From Syntrophales bacterium (GTDB lineage Bacteria; Desulfobacterota; Syntrophia; Syntrophales; UBA2210): a stretch of 64,000 nucleotides of DNA. Numbering within the stretch: position 1 is the first letter of the stretch; each line of letters starts with the position of its first letter. The stretch is from the NCBI GenBank assembly GCA_963666365.2, contig CAXXNF010000002.1, forward strand, positions 192,001 through 256,000, written 5' to 3'. Of this stretch, positions 33,038 to 42,521 are shown piece after piece. Below the pieces are notes generated by a model that was given only the letters and a program-made list of their open reading frames with translations, did no database searches and was not told the origin of the DNA. The position numbers and the translations under genes were made by a program.

Positions 33038-34065
33038 GAATTGAACACAAGCGCGCCCTTCTGGTAGTAAGAATAGGCGATAAAAAGTTCGAGTGGCCCA
33101 TCGAACCCCGTTACTGGAGAAACCCGCTGCTCGGTATGGCTTGCATTGCCTTGCTGCCCCTCATCTTCAGCGGCCAGCCTGATCTTATCAGCCTTTTCGC
33201 CACGGCGAACATCTACGCCTGCATAGCCATTCCCCTGGCCTGGCAGATGACGGGGATCGGACGACTGAATTTCGGACCCCAGTTTTTCGTGGGAATCGGG
33301 GGCTATACGGCGGCTTTGATAAGTGTGCACTTTGGATGGGGGCCCTGGGAGACATTGCCGGTGGCCATAGTGGCGGGTCTTGTATTCGGTATTCTGCTAA
33401 GCCCCCTGACCACCATTGCCAAGGGGTTGTATTTTTCCCTCGTTACACTGATTCTTCCCCTGATATTTTTGGAAGTTACGTATTATTTCAGACTGTTTAA
33501 AGGAGAAACGGGACTCTACGGCATAGCCCCTCTCGTCACAGTCGAAAACATCAAGACTGAATATTTGATAACGGGATTTCTGTCGCTTTTCATGCTGATC
33601 CTGTTCCTTTTCATCGTTCATAAGGTGTTGACATCGAGAATCGGTCTCTTTGCCGCGGCCATCAATGATGACGAAGAGGTCGCGAATAATCTGGGACTGA
33701 ATATCAAAAGGTGGAAGATTATATGTTTTGTGGCGACCTCGGTCATGATATCCGTGACGGGATGGTTCGCAGCCCACTACTTCGGCACCTTTGCCGGCGT
33801 CACCTATCTTCAGCTTCCCTTCATGCTGAAGATTCTTCTCATGGTCATGATCGGCGGACGGGGAGACATCTATGGCGCCATCTACGGCGCATATTTCGTG
33901 GTAATACTTGAAAAACTGCTCACCGTGTTCGGGACCGTTCACTATATCCTCTTCCCCCTGATTCTGATGATTTTGTTGTTTACTCTACCAGAAGGTCTGT
34001 ATGGTATTTATCGACGGCACCGGTATCGCGAATATTATCCAACGATACGTGTCAGAAAAAGGTAG
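33031..34065 (+). CDS. Branched-chain-type ABC permease (LivM-like)
   Basis: FFVGIGGYTAA, GLYFSLVTL, GETGL, MVMIGG, LPEGL. Confidence 0.9.
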   Translation: MVRIEHKRALLVVRIGDKKFEWPIEPRYWRNPLLGMACIALLPLIFSGQPDLISLFATANIYACIAIPLAWQMTGIGRLNFGPQFFVGIGGYTAALISVHFGWGPWETLPVAIVAGLVFGILLSPLTTIAKGLYFSLVTLILPLIFLEVTYYFRLFKGETGLYGIAPLVTVENIKTEYLITGFLSLFMLILFLFIVHKVLTSRIGLFAAAINDDEEVANNLGLNIKRWKIICFVATSVMISVTGWFAAHYFGTFAGVTYLQLPFMLKILLMVMIGGRGDIYGAIYGAYFVVILEKLLTVFGTVHYILFPLILMILLFTLPEGLYGIYRRHRYREYYPTIRVRKR

Positions 34066-34116
34066 GATGATATGCCGCTGTGTAGGTAACTGCCGAGTGA
34101 ACATAAGGACGAAGAA

Positions 34117-34848
34117 ATGCTTCTGCAATTAAAGGGAATTAGTAAACACTTCGGCGGTCTGATTGCCGTCAACGACGTCAGTTTTTCCATCGGCGAGGGA
34201 GAAGTAGTCGGTCTTATCGGACCGAACGGTGCGGGAAAAACAACACTCATGAATCTCATCTCCGGTTCTTTAAAACCCGATGCAGGCACAATCGGCTTTA
34301 ACGGACATACCATTTCAGGTGAGGAGCCTCACACAATATGCAGGCGGGGAATAAGCCGGACCTATCAGATCCCGAGACCTTTTCCGGACATGACGACGCT
34401 GCTGAATGTTTCCGTGGGGGTGTTCTGCGGTAAGAAACGACCGAATATGAGTCTCGGCGATGCGATGCTTGATGCCTCGCACTGCCTTGAATTTGTAGGA
34501 CTTTTCGGAAAACGCAATATGCTTGCCCGCGATCTCTCGCTCTTCGAGTTGCGGGCACTGGAACTGGCGCGGGCGCTTGCAACGACGCCCAGACTGATCC
34601 TGATCGATGAGGTGATGGCCGGTCTTAATCAAGCCGAGTCAAGGCGCGCCATCAGACTTATTCGAAAGGTCGTGGAAGAATATCATGTGACGATATTGTG
34701 GATTGAACATGTGATGAAGATTATCATGGAGGCCACCCAGCGAGTTGAAGTGCTCCATTATGGAGAAATTATCGCGTCGGGTACGCCGCACAAAGTGATC
34801 AGCGATCCTCTGGTCGTTGAGGCCTATCTGGGGGAAAAAATTGCTTAA
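34117..34848 (+). CDS. Branched-chain-type ABC ATPase (LivG-like)
   Basis: GPNGAGKTT, GISRTYQ, IDEVMAGL, IEH, VVEAYLG. Confidence 0.93.
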   Translation: MLLQLKGISKHFGGLIAVNDVSFSIGEGEVVGLIGPNGAGKTTLMNLISGSLKPDAGTIGFNGHTISGEEPHTICRRGISRTYQIPRPFPDMTTLLNVSVGVFCGKKRPNMSLGDAMLDASHCLEFVGLFGKRNMLARDLSLFELRALELARALATTPRLILIDEVMAGLNQAESRRAIRLIRKVVEEYHVTILWIEHVMKIIMEATQRVEVLHYGEIIASGTPHKVISDPLVVEAYLGEKIA

Positions 34849-35548
34849 AGCTGAAAAGGTCAATATTTCTTACGGCATAATCCAGGTAGTCTACGATGTG
34901 GATTTTTATGTGGAAGAAGGGGAGTGCGTTGCCTTGCTCGGTTCAAACGGCGCCGGCAAGACAACTATCCTCAATGCGATCTCCGGAGTCGTGCCGCTGA
35001 AATCAGGAAACGTCATTTTTCAGGGGCTCAGGTGTGAAACAAGCTCCCCTGCGGTCCGTTACGAATCAGGAATCGCCCAGGTTCCCGAAGGGGGAAAGAT
35101 TTTTCCCTTTATGACGGTGCGGGAGAATCTGGTCATGGGAGCCGCCTGCAGGAACGAAGCATGGAAAAAACGGGACGATACACTTGAGTGGATCTATAAG
35201 ATATTTCCAAAACTGAGGGACCGCTACAATCAGGAAGCGCGACTGCTCAGCGGCGGAGAGAGGCAGTTGCTGGTGGTCGGAAGAGGACTTATGGCACGGC
35301 CGAGGCTTCTCATGATCGATGAACCATCGCTTGGCCTGGCGCCGAAAGTATTGCTTGAAATCTACGAAACCCTGAAAGTGCTTCGTGACGAGGGGCTGAC
35401 GATTCTTCTGTCGGAACAGAATGTGACGCAGGCGCTCAAGCTCGCTTCTCGTGGATATGTGCTCGAAAACGGTGAGATCATTTTGAGCGGCGCCAGCAGC
35501 GAACTGCTGAACAGCGCCCATGTGAAACAGGCCTATCTGGGACTGTAA
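34841..35548 (+). CDS. Branched-chain-type ABC ATPase (LivF-like)
   Basis: GSNGAGKTT, QVPEG, LSGGERQ, DEPSLGLAP, EQN; TTG start overlapping upstream stop. Confidence 0.93.
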   Translation: MLKAEKVNISYGIIQVVYDVDFYVEEGECVALLGSNGAGKTTILNAISGVVPLKSGNVIFQGLRCETSSPAVRYESGIAQVPEGGKIFPFMTVRENLVMGAACRNEAWKKRDDTLEWIYKIFPKLRDRYNQEARLLSGGERQLLVVGRGLMARPRLLMIDEPSLGLAPKVLLEIYETLKVLRDEGLTILLSEQNVTQALKLASRGYVLENGEIILSGASSELLNSAHVKQAYLGL

Positions 35549-35619
35549 GAAGAAAGATTTTTTTAATTTTTGAATCCGAGGGGTACGTGTCTCCCCCGGC
35601 AGTAGTGAGGAGGATCTTT

Positions 35620-36975
35620 GTGACAGAGGATTATTTTTCATTTACGGACAGGCTGTTCGACGCATCGCAGATAGGCGGGAAACCGGAAGCGCTTAAAGGG
35701 ATACGGGTGCTTGACCTGTCCCGTGTCATTTTCGGCCCCATGGTGGCCAAATGGCTGTCGCTCTTCGGCGCCGAGGTGATTAAAATCGAGGAACCCGAGG
35801 AAGGGGACGACTGGAGAACAGGGACGTACTGGGGTAAGTTCTGGAAGGATTCCTGCCCCTATTTCCAGTCACTGAATCCGAATAAATATTTTGTGGCCAT
35901 TGACCTGAAAAGAAAGGAAGGAAAAGATCTCGTAAAGGAATTGGCAAAAAGCGCGGATGTCGTAATAGAAAACTACAGGGCGGGATTAATCGAGGCCTGG
36001 GGTCTCGGATATATGACACTGAGCGCAATCAACCCGAAGATCATATACATCAGTTGCAGCGGCTACGGACAATGGGGACCGTTGCGCTACTATCCGAGTT
36101 ATGATCTGATTGCGCAATCCATGTCGGGTGTTGCGAGAATGACCGGCTATTCCGAAGACACTACTTATAAACTGCCTGATTATTATGGGGATTTTTATCC
36201 GGCGATTCTCGGTGCCGTGGGGGTGCTGGCCGCGCTCAACCATCGTGAGGAAACCGGTCGCGGCCAGTATATCGATATGGCGCAAACGGAAGCATTGATG
36301 CGGGCCATGCATAACTGGACGTACACCAGTGTCACCGGTGACGACATCACGCAAACCGGGAATTTCGATCCCACGATGGCGCCTTCAGGCATCTTCAAAA
36401 CGAAAGACGATGCATTTGTGGCCATTGCCGTCGCCACTACGGAACAATTCGGCGCACTGGCGAAGGCAATGGATTCAAAAGAGCTCACACAGGATCCGCG
36501 GTTCTTCGAAACCCGGGAACGTCTCAAACCTGAAAATGCTGCTGCAATAAATCAGACATTGGGCTCTTGGGTCGGCACTCATTCGGAACAGGAGATCATT
36601 GAGAGTGCAAAGACAATGGGATTTCCGGCGGCGCCGGTCATGGACGACTGGAAGCTTGTCAGCGACAGCTGGAGAGAAGAGCGGGGAAGCGTCGTGGAAT
36701 TTGACGACGATATGTACGGCAAGGGGCGCTGGGCCGGTCCTCCCGTATCGCTGAGCAAGAGTCCCGGTCGGATCAAGCATTTAACGCGGCCCATTGGATA
36801 TCACAACAGATACGTGTTTAAAGAGATGCTCGGATTAACGGAAAAAAAGATCCGGGAACTGGAAAAAAGAAATATCATCGGATACTGGGACAACCGGGTA
36901 GGAAAACGACCGCCGCCCTACGTCGATATGGAAAAGGACGAACTTTTCAATTACAAAAAGGATGTAAAGGATTAG
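35620..36975 (+). CDS. Family III CoA-transferase (CaiB/BaiF)
   Basis: LKGIRVLDLS, GAEVIKIE, ADVVIENYR, GYGQWGP, catalytic-type SYDLIAQ; GTG 35620 after GAGGAGG. Confidence 0.92.
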   Translation: MTEDYFSFTDRLFDASQIGGKPEALKGIRVLDLSRVIFGPMVAKWLSLFGAEVIKIEEPEEGDDWRTGTYWGKFWKDSCPYFQSLNPNKYFVAIDLKRKEGKDLVKELAKSADVVIENYRAGLIEAWGLGYMTLSAINPKIIYISCSGYGQWGPLRYYPSYDLIAQSMSGVARMTGYSEDTTYKLPDYYGDFYPAILGAVGVLAALNHREETGRGQYIDMAQTEALMRAMHNWTYTSVTGDDITQTGNFDPTMAPSGIFKTKDDAFVAIAVATTEQFGALAKAMDSKELTQDPRFFETRERLKPENAAAINQTLGSWVGTHSEQEIIESAKTMGFPAAPVMDDWKLVSDSWREERGSVVEFDDDMYGKGRWAGPPVSLSKSPGRIKHLTRPIGYHNRYVFKEMLGLTEKKIRELEKRNIIGYWDNRVGKRPPPYVDMEKDELFNYKKDVKD

Positions 36976-36980
36976 AAGTC

Positions 36981-38330
36981 GTGAGCCAGAAACAGCAGGT
37001 ATTTTCAAAACATATGACCGATAAAAAGGTCCGGGAGCAGCTTGAGCGATTCAACGATCTTCTCGGAACGATGATGGAATCATCGGAAGATAAGCAGGGT
37101 GCACTTCATGGTCTCAGGGTGCTTGAGATAAGCTATGCAAGCTTTCCTGGACTTATATGCGGGGCCATGCTTGGTGAAATGGGGGCCGATGTAGTGAAAA
37201 TCGAACCACCCCAGGGAGATCCGGCGCGGGAAGCAACCTATAACGGGGAGTACATCAGGGATGTGGGGATTCCTTTTGTAATAGAAAACAGGAATAAACG
37301 AATGCTCACGGCCGATTTTAATGAGGATCGATATATCGAAAAGGTAAGGGAGCTTGCAACGAAGGCCGATATCATGATCGACGCAATGCCGCCGGGGTAT
37401 CTCGACGGCCGAGGGATGGGATACCGGCAGCTCGCCGGAATCAACACCGGTCTTGTCTACGCGGCGCTCTCTCCCTATGGCCACTATACTTCGAAGGCGC
37501 GGGCATATAAAAATATCCCCGATGCGGATCTTACGGCGCAGGCTGAATCGGGATATCCCGCACTGTCAGGAGATCCCGATGCGCAGGAACCGTATAATTA
37601 TCCGCTGCGCGCGGGCATATGGGCGGCTTCATATATGGGCGCGGCCATAGCGGTTGCGGGTATTTTGACAGCCCTCCTGCATCGGAGGAAGACCGGGGAA
37701 GGACAGATGGTGGATCTGGCGACCTATGATGCCATTGCAGCCTGGCAGGGGTTCTCGCATGTCTGGGGGTTTACCAATGAAACGCCCCGAACGCGGATCG
37801 GGAATTTTGACTGGTGCCTGTTCCCCTATGGCTATTACAAGGCAAAGGACGGTTATGTGACAATCGCCGCCGCATCCGATGCGGATTTCAGGGGCCTCTT
37901 AAAAATTCTCGGCCGTTGGGATCTTGAGGATGACTGGAGGTTCTTATTTGACAGAATTGCCGATGATCCCGAAAAACTGAGAGAACTGGAAGTGGAAATC
38001 AAAAAAGAAATCGCTAAATATACGAGAAAAGAGCTCTATGAAAAAACCTTTGCTTACGGAGCCAAGGCTGCACGGGATAAATTACGGTCACGAGGATTCC
38101 CGATCGTGGTGGAAACGCGTTCGCCCCGGGAAGCGGCGTCGGAGAAGCATTGGCAGATTCGAAAGAGTTTTATTGAAATAGATATTGAAGGTTTCGGTGC
38201 CATACGCATTGCCGAGCTGCCGCCCCGCATGTCAGAGTCTCCTTCGCATGCCAGGTGGATCAAGACGGGCATTGGTGAAGATAACGAGGAGTTGTTCGGG
38301 GAATCAAAATCAGATTTGACGGCTTCGTAA
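36981..38330 (+). CDS. Family III CoA-transferase (CaiB/BaiF), divergent second subunit
   Basis: LHGLRVLEIS, GADVVKIEPP, NRNKR, DADLTAQAESG, GEGQMVD. Confidence 0.88.
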   Translation: MSQKQQVFSKHMTDKKVREQLERFNDLLGTMMESSEDKQGALHGLRVLEISYASFPGLICGAMLGEMGADVVKIEPPQGDPAREATYNGEYIRDVGIPFVIENRNKRMLTADFNEDRYIEKVRELATKADIMIDAMPPGYLDGRGMGYRQLAGINTGLVYAALSPYGHYTSKARAYKNIPDADLTAQAESGYPALSGDPDAQEPYNYPLRAGIWAASYMGAAIAVAGILTALLHRRKTGEGQMVDLATYDAIAAWQGFSHVWGFTNETPRTRIGNFDWCLFPYGYYKAKDGYVTIAAASDADFRGLLKILGRWDLEDDWRFLFDRIADDPEKLRELEVEIKKEIAKYTRKELYEKTFAYGAKAARDKLRSRGFPIVVETRSPREAASEKHWQIRKSFIEIDIEGFGAIRIAELPPRMSESPSHARWIKTGIGEDNEELFGESKSDLTAS

Positions 38331-38516
38331 AACGCTTACCATGCCGACGGTTCGGCAGTATAATGGAACGCACATGATGCCGGTATCACTGTTTCTCGGC
38401 CCTATGCTTTCTCAAGTGGCGCCCGGCTCAGGTCGGTGTTTCGACCATGCAGCGTCTCGCGAAGCGGTCCCGGAGAACTCGCGCTACGCGCTCGAACCGC
38501 GTATCCGAAAAAAAGA

Positions 38517-38600
38517 TTTTCGCGCAGAGGCGCAGGGGCGCTGAGGACAAGGGGAAATAAAAAATTTTTTCTCTGCCTCTTGGCGTCTTGCGGGAGAAAA
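38517..38600. repeat. REP-like imperfect inverted element built from 8-bp units (CGCAGAGG-like)
   Basis: ttttcgcgcagaggcgcaggggcgctgag ... ctctgcctcttggcgtcttgcgggagaaaa in the gap between convergent genes. Confidence 0.5.
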
Positions 38601-38700
38601 AGAATCAGTTATTGAGAAGTTCCTCATGCCCCCGCATCAGAACCCGCATGAGCGGTGCATCATGTACTGAGGAGTCCAAATGCGCCGACTATTCAATATG

Positions 38701-39915
38701 TTAAACCTGGGCATTAATCACGCCTTTTTCTCTCAATCGTGAGATTTCCTGAGGTGTATATTTGAGAATTTCCCGCAGGACCTCTTCGGAATGTTCTCCC
38801 AAAAGGGGTGCATGTGCGTAGACCTTGCCCGGCGTATCGGACAGATGAATCGGGGAGCCGGCAATTTTCATGGCGCCTATTCCCGGCTGATCTAGTTCCA
38901 CCAGCATTCTCCGGTATGAGATGTGCGGATCTTCACAGATCTCTTTCATGGTGTTGATTGGTGAATAGGGTATCCCCGCATTTTCAAACAGTTCGCACCA
39001 TTCCTTTGTTGTTCTTTTCCTCAGCTCAGCCGAGAGTATCGGGATGAGCGCTTCTCTATTGTTTGTCCTCAGTGGATTCGTGGTGAACCTGATATCTCCT
39101 GTCAGATCCTCTCTTTCAATCGTTCTGCAGAATGTGGCCCAGAGGGTGTCGTTTCCGATCGGTGTCACAATCCAGGAATCCTTTGTTGCGAAGCTCTGAA
39201 ACGGAGTGATTGAGGGATGGGCGCTTCCCAATGGACCCGGTATCGAGCCCTCGAGTGTGTAACGGACAGCGGCGTTTTCCAGAATCGAAAATAACCCGTC
39301 TATCATCGCGCCGTCGTAATGTTGCCCTCTGCCCGTTTTCCCGCGATTAAACAATGCAGCGAGAATACCGATGACGGCCTGGTGGCCGGCAATGATATCT
39401 CCGATGGATGTCCCGACTCTGCAGGGAGGACCTCCTTCAGGCCCCGTAATGCTCATAATGCCGCTGTATCCCTGGGCCACCATATCGTATGCCGGACGGC
39501 TTTCGTATCCGGGCAGGGTGTCATGACCGAACCCGCAAATGGATGCATAAATAATCCGGGGATTTAGCTTCTGGATGTCTTCCCAGTCGAATCCCAGCCG
39601 TTTCATTGTGGTTGGCCTGAAGTTTTCCACAATAATATCAGATACTATTATGAGGTCGCGCAGTACCTTTTTCCCCTCCGCACAGTGCAAATCGAGCACC
39701 ATGCTTTTTTTGTTGCGGTTAAGACTGATAAAGTATCCGCTCCGGTTTTTGTCCTGTTCCCCGGCAAAGGGGCCGAATTCCCGTGCATCATCTCCCTGTG
39801 GCGGTTCGATATGAATCACCTCGGCCCCAAGATCCGCGAGAAACATCGTACATAAGGGGGCGGCCAATACATGACTCAAGTCAACCACTCGTATGCCTTG
39901 CAAAGCTCCGGTCAT
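38701..39915 (-). CDS. Family III CoA-transferase (formyl-CoA transferase-like)
   Basis: LQGIRVVDLSHVLAAP, LNRNKKS, VENFRP, RPAYDMVAQGYSG, APLLGEH; ATG 39915 with GGAG SD. Confidence 0.93.
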   Translation of the reverse strand: MTGALQGIRVVDLSHVLAAPLCTMFLADLGAEVIHIEPPQGDDAREFGPFAGEQDKNRSGYFISLNRNKKSMVLDLHCAEGKKVLRDLIIVSDIIVENFRPTTMKRLGFDWEDIQKLNPRIIYASICGFGHDTLPGYESRPAYDMVAQGYSGIMSITGPEGGPPCRVGTSIGDIIAGHQAVIGILAALFNRGKTGRGQHYDGAMIDGLFSILENAAVRYTLEGSIPGPLGSAHPSITPFQSFATKDSWIVTPIGNDTLWATFCRTIEREDLTGDIRFTTNPLRTNNREALIPILSAELRKRTTKEWCELFENAGIPYSPINTMKEICEDPHISYRRMLVELDQPGIGAMKIAGSPIHLSDTPGKVYAHAPLLGEHSEEVLREILKYTPQEISRLREKGVINAQV

Positions 39916-40025
39916 AATTTCTCCTGTAGGCTGCATCTGTTCTTCTCACTTAAAAAATGCGCTCTTGTCAAATAGTATTCGCCGGCGGAGAAGGGTGAAA
40001 GGCGAGCATGTCTGTTATCAGACCA

Positions 40026-40868
40026 TCACGTATCCAAAAACTGCAACACTATTCTGTTGAATTCCTCCGGTCGTTCATACTGCGGCATGTGACCGCAGGA
40101 GTCCAGAATATGAAGTTGCGAGTGAGGGAGCATCTTCTTTGCGGTGTAGGCATGCCTCAGGGGCAAAACCCGGTCCTGCCTGCCCCAGATGATCAGCGTC
40201 GGCGCCGCAATTCGATGTATGTTGTTCAGTATAGGGGTGAGCAACTCTTTTTTGCCGCCTCTGAATGAAAGGATAGCGCGTATTGCCTTGAGCAATGACG
40301 TCTGGTTGCCCGGCAGGGAGTGCAATTCCCTATAGGTGTCTATGAACTCCTTTTTCAGCACTGAAGGGTCATGGACTGCATGCCTGAAATAGACATAGGC
40401 TTCAAATCGGCTGGGGCGGGTCATGAGTTCACCCACGAGGGGAAGGGATGCCGCCCGCAAGGACAACGAGGCATCGGCGCCGAAACCGGCGCTGTCAACA
40501 AGCACCAGTCTACTGACACTGTGGGGATAGAGCAACGCGTACTGAAGGGCGATGCCGCCGCCGAGGGAATTCCCGATCAAGGTGGGGTTCTCGATATGCA
40601 TCACTCTTATAAAACGGTTGAGAAAGGTTGGGAAGAGTGCTGCCGTATATTCCATGTCCGGCTTGTCCGTTTTTCCGAACCCCACCAGATCCAAGGCATA
40701 CACCCGGTGCGCCTGTGCCAGGGCATCGATTGCATACATCCAGATGTCCACCGAAGCGCCGAGACCATGGATCAGTACAACCGGCGATCCCATGGCCCCC
40801 TGCTGCCAGTAACGAGTGTGAATTGAGCCGACGGTAACATACTTGTCTTTATAGCGGGGTTGTGCCAT
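40026..40868 (-). CDS. Alpha/beta hydrolase
   Basis: IHGLG, DLVGFG, nucleophile elbow GNSLGG, WGRQD, CGHMPQYE. Confidence 0.92.
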   Translation of the reverse strand: MAQPRYKDKYVTVGSIHTRYWQQGAMGSPVVLIHGLGASVDIWMYAIDALAQAHRVYALDLVGFGKTDKPDMEYTAALFPTFLNRFIRVMHIENPTLIGNSLGGGIALQYALLYPHSVSRLVLVDSAGFGADASLSLRAASLPLVGELMTRPSRFEAYVYFRHAVHDPSVLKKEFIDTYRELHSLPGNQTSLLKAIRAILSFRGGKKELLTPILNNIHRIAAPTLIIWGRQDRVLPLRHAYTAKKMLPHSQLHILDSCGHMPQYERPEEFNRIVLQFLDT

Positions 40869-41105
40869 AGTTCCTCCCTGTGATAAAAATTACAGAGTAG
40901 ATGGATTTCCGAAATACAGTATGCTACACACATAACCGCAGCGAGCATCAGAAGTCAACGACGTCTTTGCAGCAAAAGGGTGATGCCGGTGTTCTGACGT
41001 CAAAATCAAATTTCTACCGGCACGTTGTTCCTGCATGAGGGAAGACAAAAACAGCTGTGATACTTGAAAATAATACAAAGGAGAATGATCAGAAAGGTCG
41101 TGATA

Positions 41106-42521
41106 ATGAATTCTCATTTTGAAAATCTTGACGCCGTGTTCCACCCCCGTTCCGTTGCCCTGGTGGGCATTACCACTGCCAATCCCCACCACTGGACGCG
41201 GGGATTTCTTGAAGGGTACCTCGCACTGGATTTTCCATCACGGGGCAATCTGTATCTCGTGAATCCGAAGGGAGGGATTGTGGCTGGACACAAGGTCTAT
41301 GAGACACTGGAGGATATTCCCGATACCCTGGATTTTGTGGTGGGGCTGGTGCCTTCCCGCAGTGCTCCGAAAATGATAGAGGATGCGGCGGCCAAGGGCG
41401 CACGCTGTATTCATTTTTGCACTGCCGGCTTCAGTGAAATAGATGAAGCGGAAGGTACGGCACTTGAGGAGCAATTGCTCAGTGCAGCCCGCAGGTATAA
41501 TGTGCGGATCATCGGTCCGAACTGTCTGGGCATATACTGTCCTGAAGCGGGAATGTCCTTCAGCGAACTTTTTCCGAAGGAGAGCGGATCGGTGGGATTC
41601 ATCAGTCAAAGCGGCGGCAACTCCAATTTTCTAATCCGTCATGCCGCGCTTCGTGGCATTCGCTTCAGCAAGGTTATCAGCATCGGCAATGCCTGCGATC
41701 TCAACGAAAGCGATTTTTTGGAGTATTTGGCCGATGATCCGAAAACAAAAATTATATGCATGTATCTCGAGGGAGTCAAAGAGGCCGGCCGTTTCCGGCG
41801 TGCCTTCCACTACGCATCGGAGAAAAAGCCGGTGGTGTTACTGAAAGGAGGGGCCACTCCCGCCGGAGAAAGGGCCGTGATGGGACATACGGCATCGCTT
41901 GCCGGAAGCCGTACCATCTGGGAGCCGCTCTGCAGACAGTGTAATGTCATTCAGGTGCAAAACCTTGATGAAATGGCCGATGTGCTGGTGACGCTGGAAT
42001 TCATGCCCGCACCTGAGGGGAGACGAGCCCTGCTGTTCGGCGCCGGTGGCGGGTCAAGCGTGATAGTTGCCGATGAATTCGAAAGACGGGGGATTATGGT
42101 GCCTCAGTTGCCGAAAGAGCATATAGCCGAACTGCGCGAATTCAGCCAGGCTGCAGGCAATTTCTTCAACAATCCCATTGATTATTCTCAAAGTATGGAG
42201 CCCGCCAATGTGAATCGAGCGCTGGAGATTCTCATGAAATGGGGCGACTTCGATTTTATGATTAATTTCGTGGTGGCCACGCAATCGACTCGAGCGGGAG
42301 ATTTGCCCAAGCCACTCAGGTTTGACGATATTACAAAACCGGTGGGTGTGGTGGTAGTAATCAGCGCTCTGCCTGAAGAGGCACACAAGATATATGTGTA
42401 TATCGAGCAGTACGCGTCAGAGGGCTATCCCCTCTATTTTTCCTTCGGCGGTGCGGCCAACGCCATAAATAAGGTGATGGCCTATTACGAGCGGAATGCC
42501 CGCAGACAGGGGATGCTATAG
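41106..42521 (+). CDS. NDP-forming acyl-CoA synthetase alpha-type subunit (second paralog)
   Basis: FHPRSVALVG, TAGFSE, IGPNCLG, SQSGG, phospho-His GHTASLAG, NPID; no ATP-grasp. Confidence 0.87.
   Translation: MNSHFENLDAVFHPRSVALVGITTANPHHWTRGFLEGYLALDFPSRGNLYLVNPKGGIVAGHKVYETLEDIPDTLDFVVGLVPSRSAPKMIEDAAAKGARCIHFCTAGFSEIDEAEGTALEEQLLSAARRYNVRIIGPNCLGIYCPEAGMSFSELFPKESGSVGFISQSGGNSNFLIRHAALRGIRFSKVISIGNACDLNESDFLEYLADDPKTKIICMYLEGVKEAGRFRRAFHYASEKKPVVLLKGGATPAGERAVMGHTASLAGSRTIWEPLCRQCNVIQVQNLDEMADVLVTLEFMPAPEGRRALLFGAGGGSSVIVADEFERRGIMVPQLPKEHIAELREFSQAAGNFFNNPIDYSQSMEPANVNRALEILMKWGDFDFMINFVVATQSTRAGDLPKPLRFDDITKPVGVVVVISALPEEAHKIYVYIEQYASEGYPLYFSFGGAANAINKVMAYYERNARRQGML

Noticed and set aside
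38341..38544. 67-aa ORF after the second CoA-transferase
   Set aside because: No SD or motif, and it runs through palindromic repeat sequence
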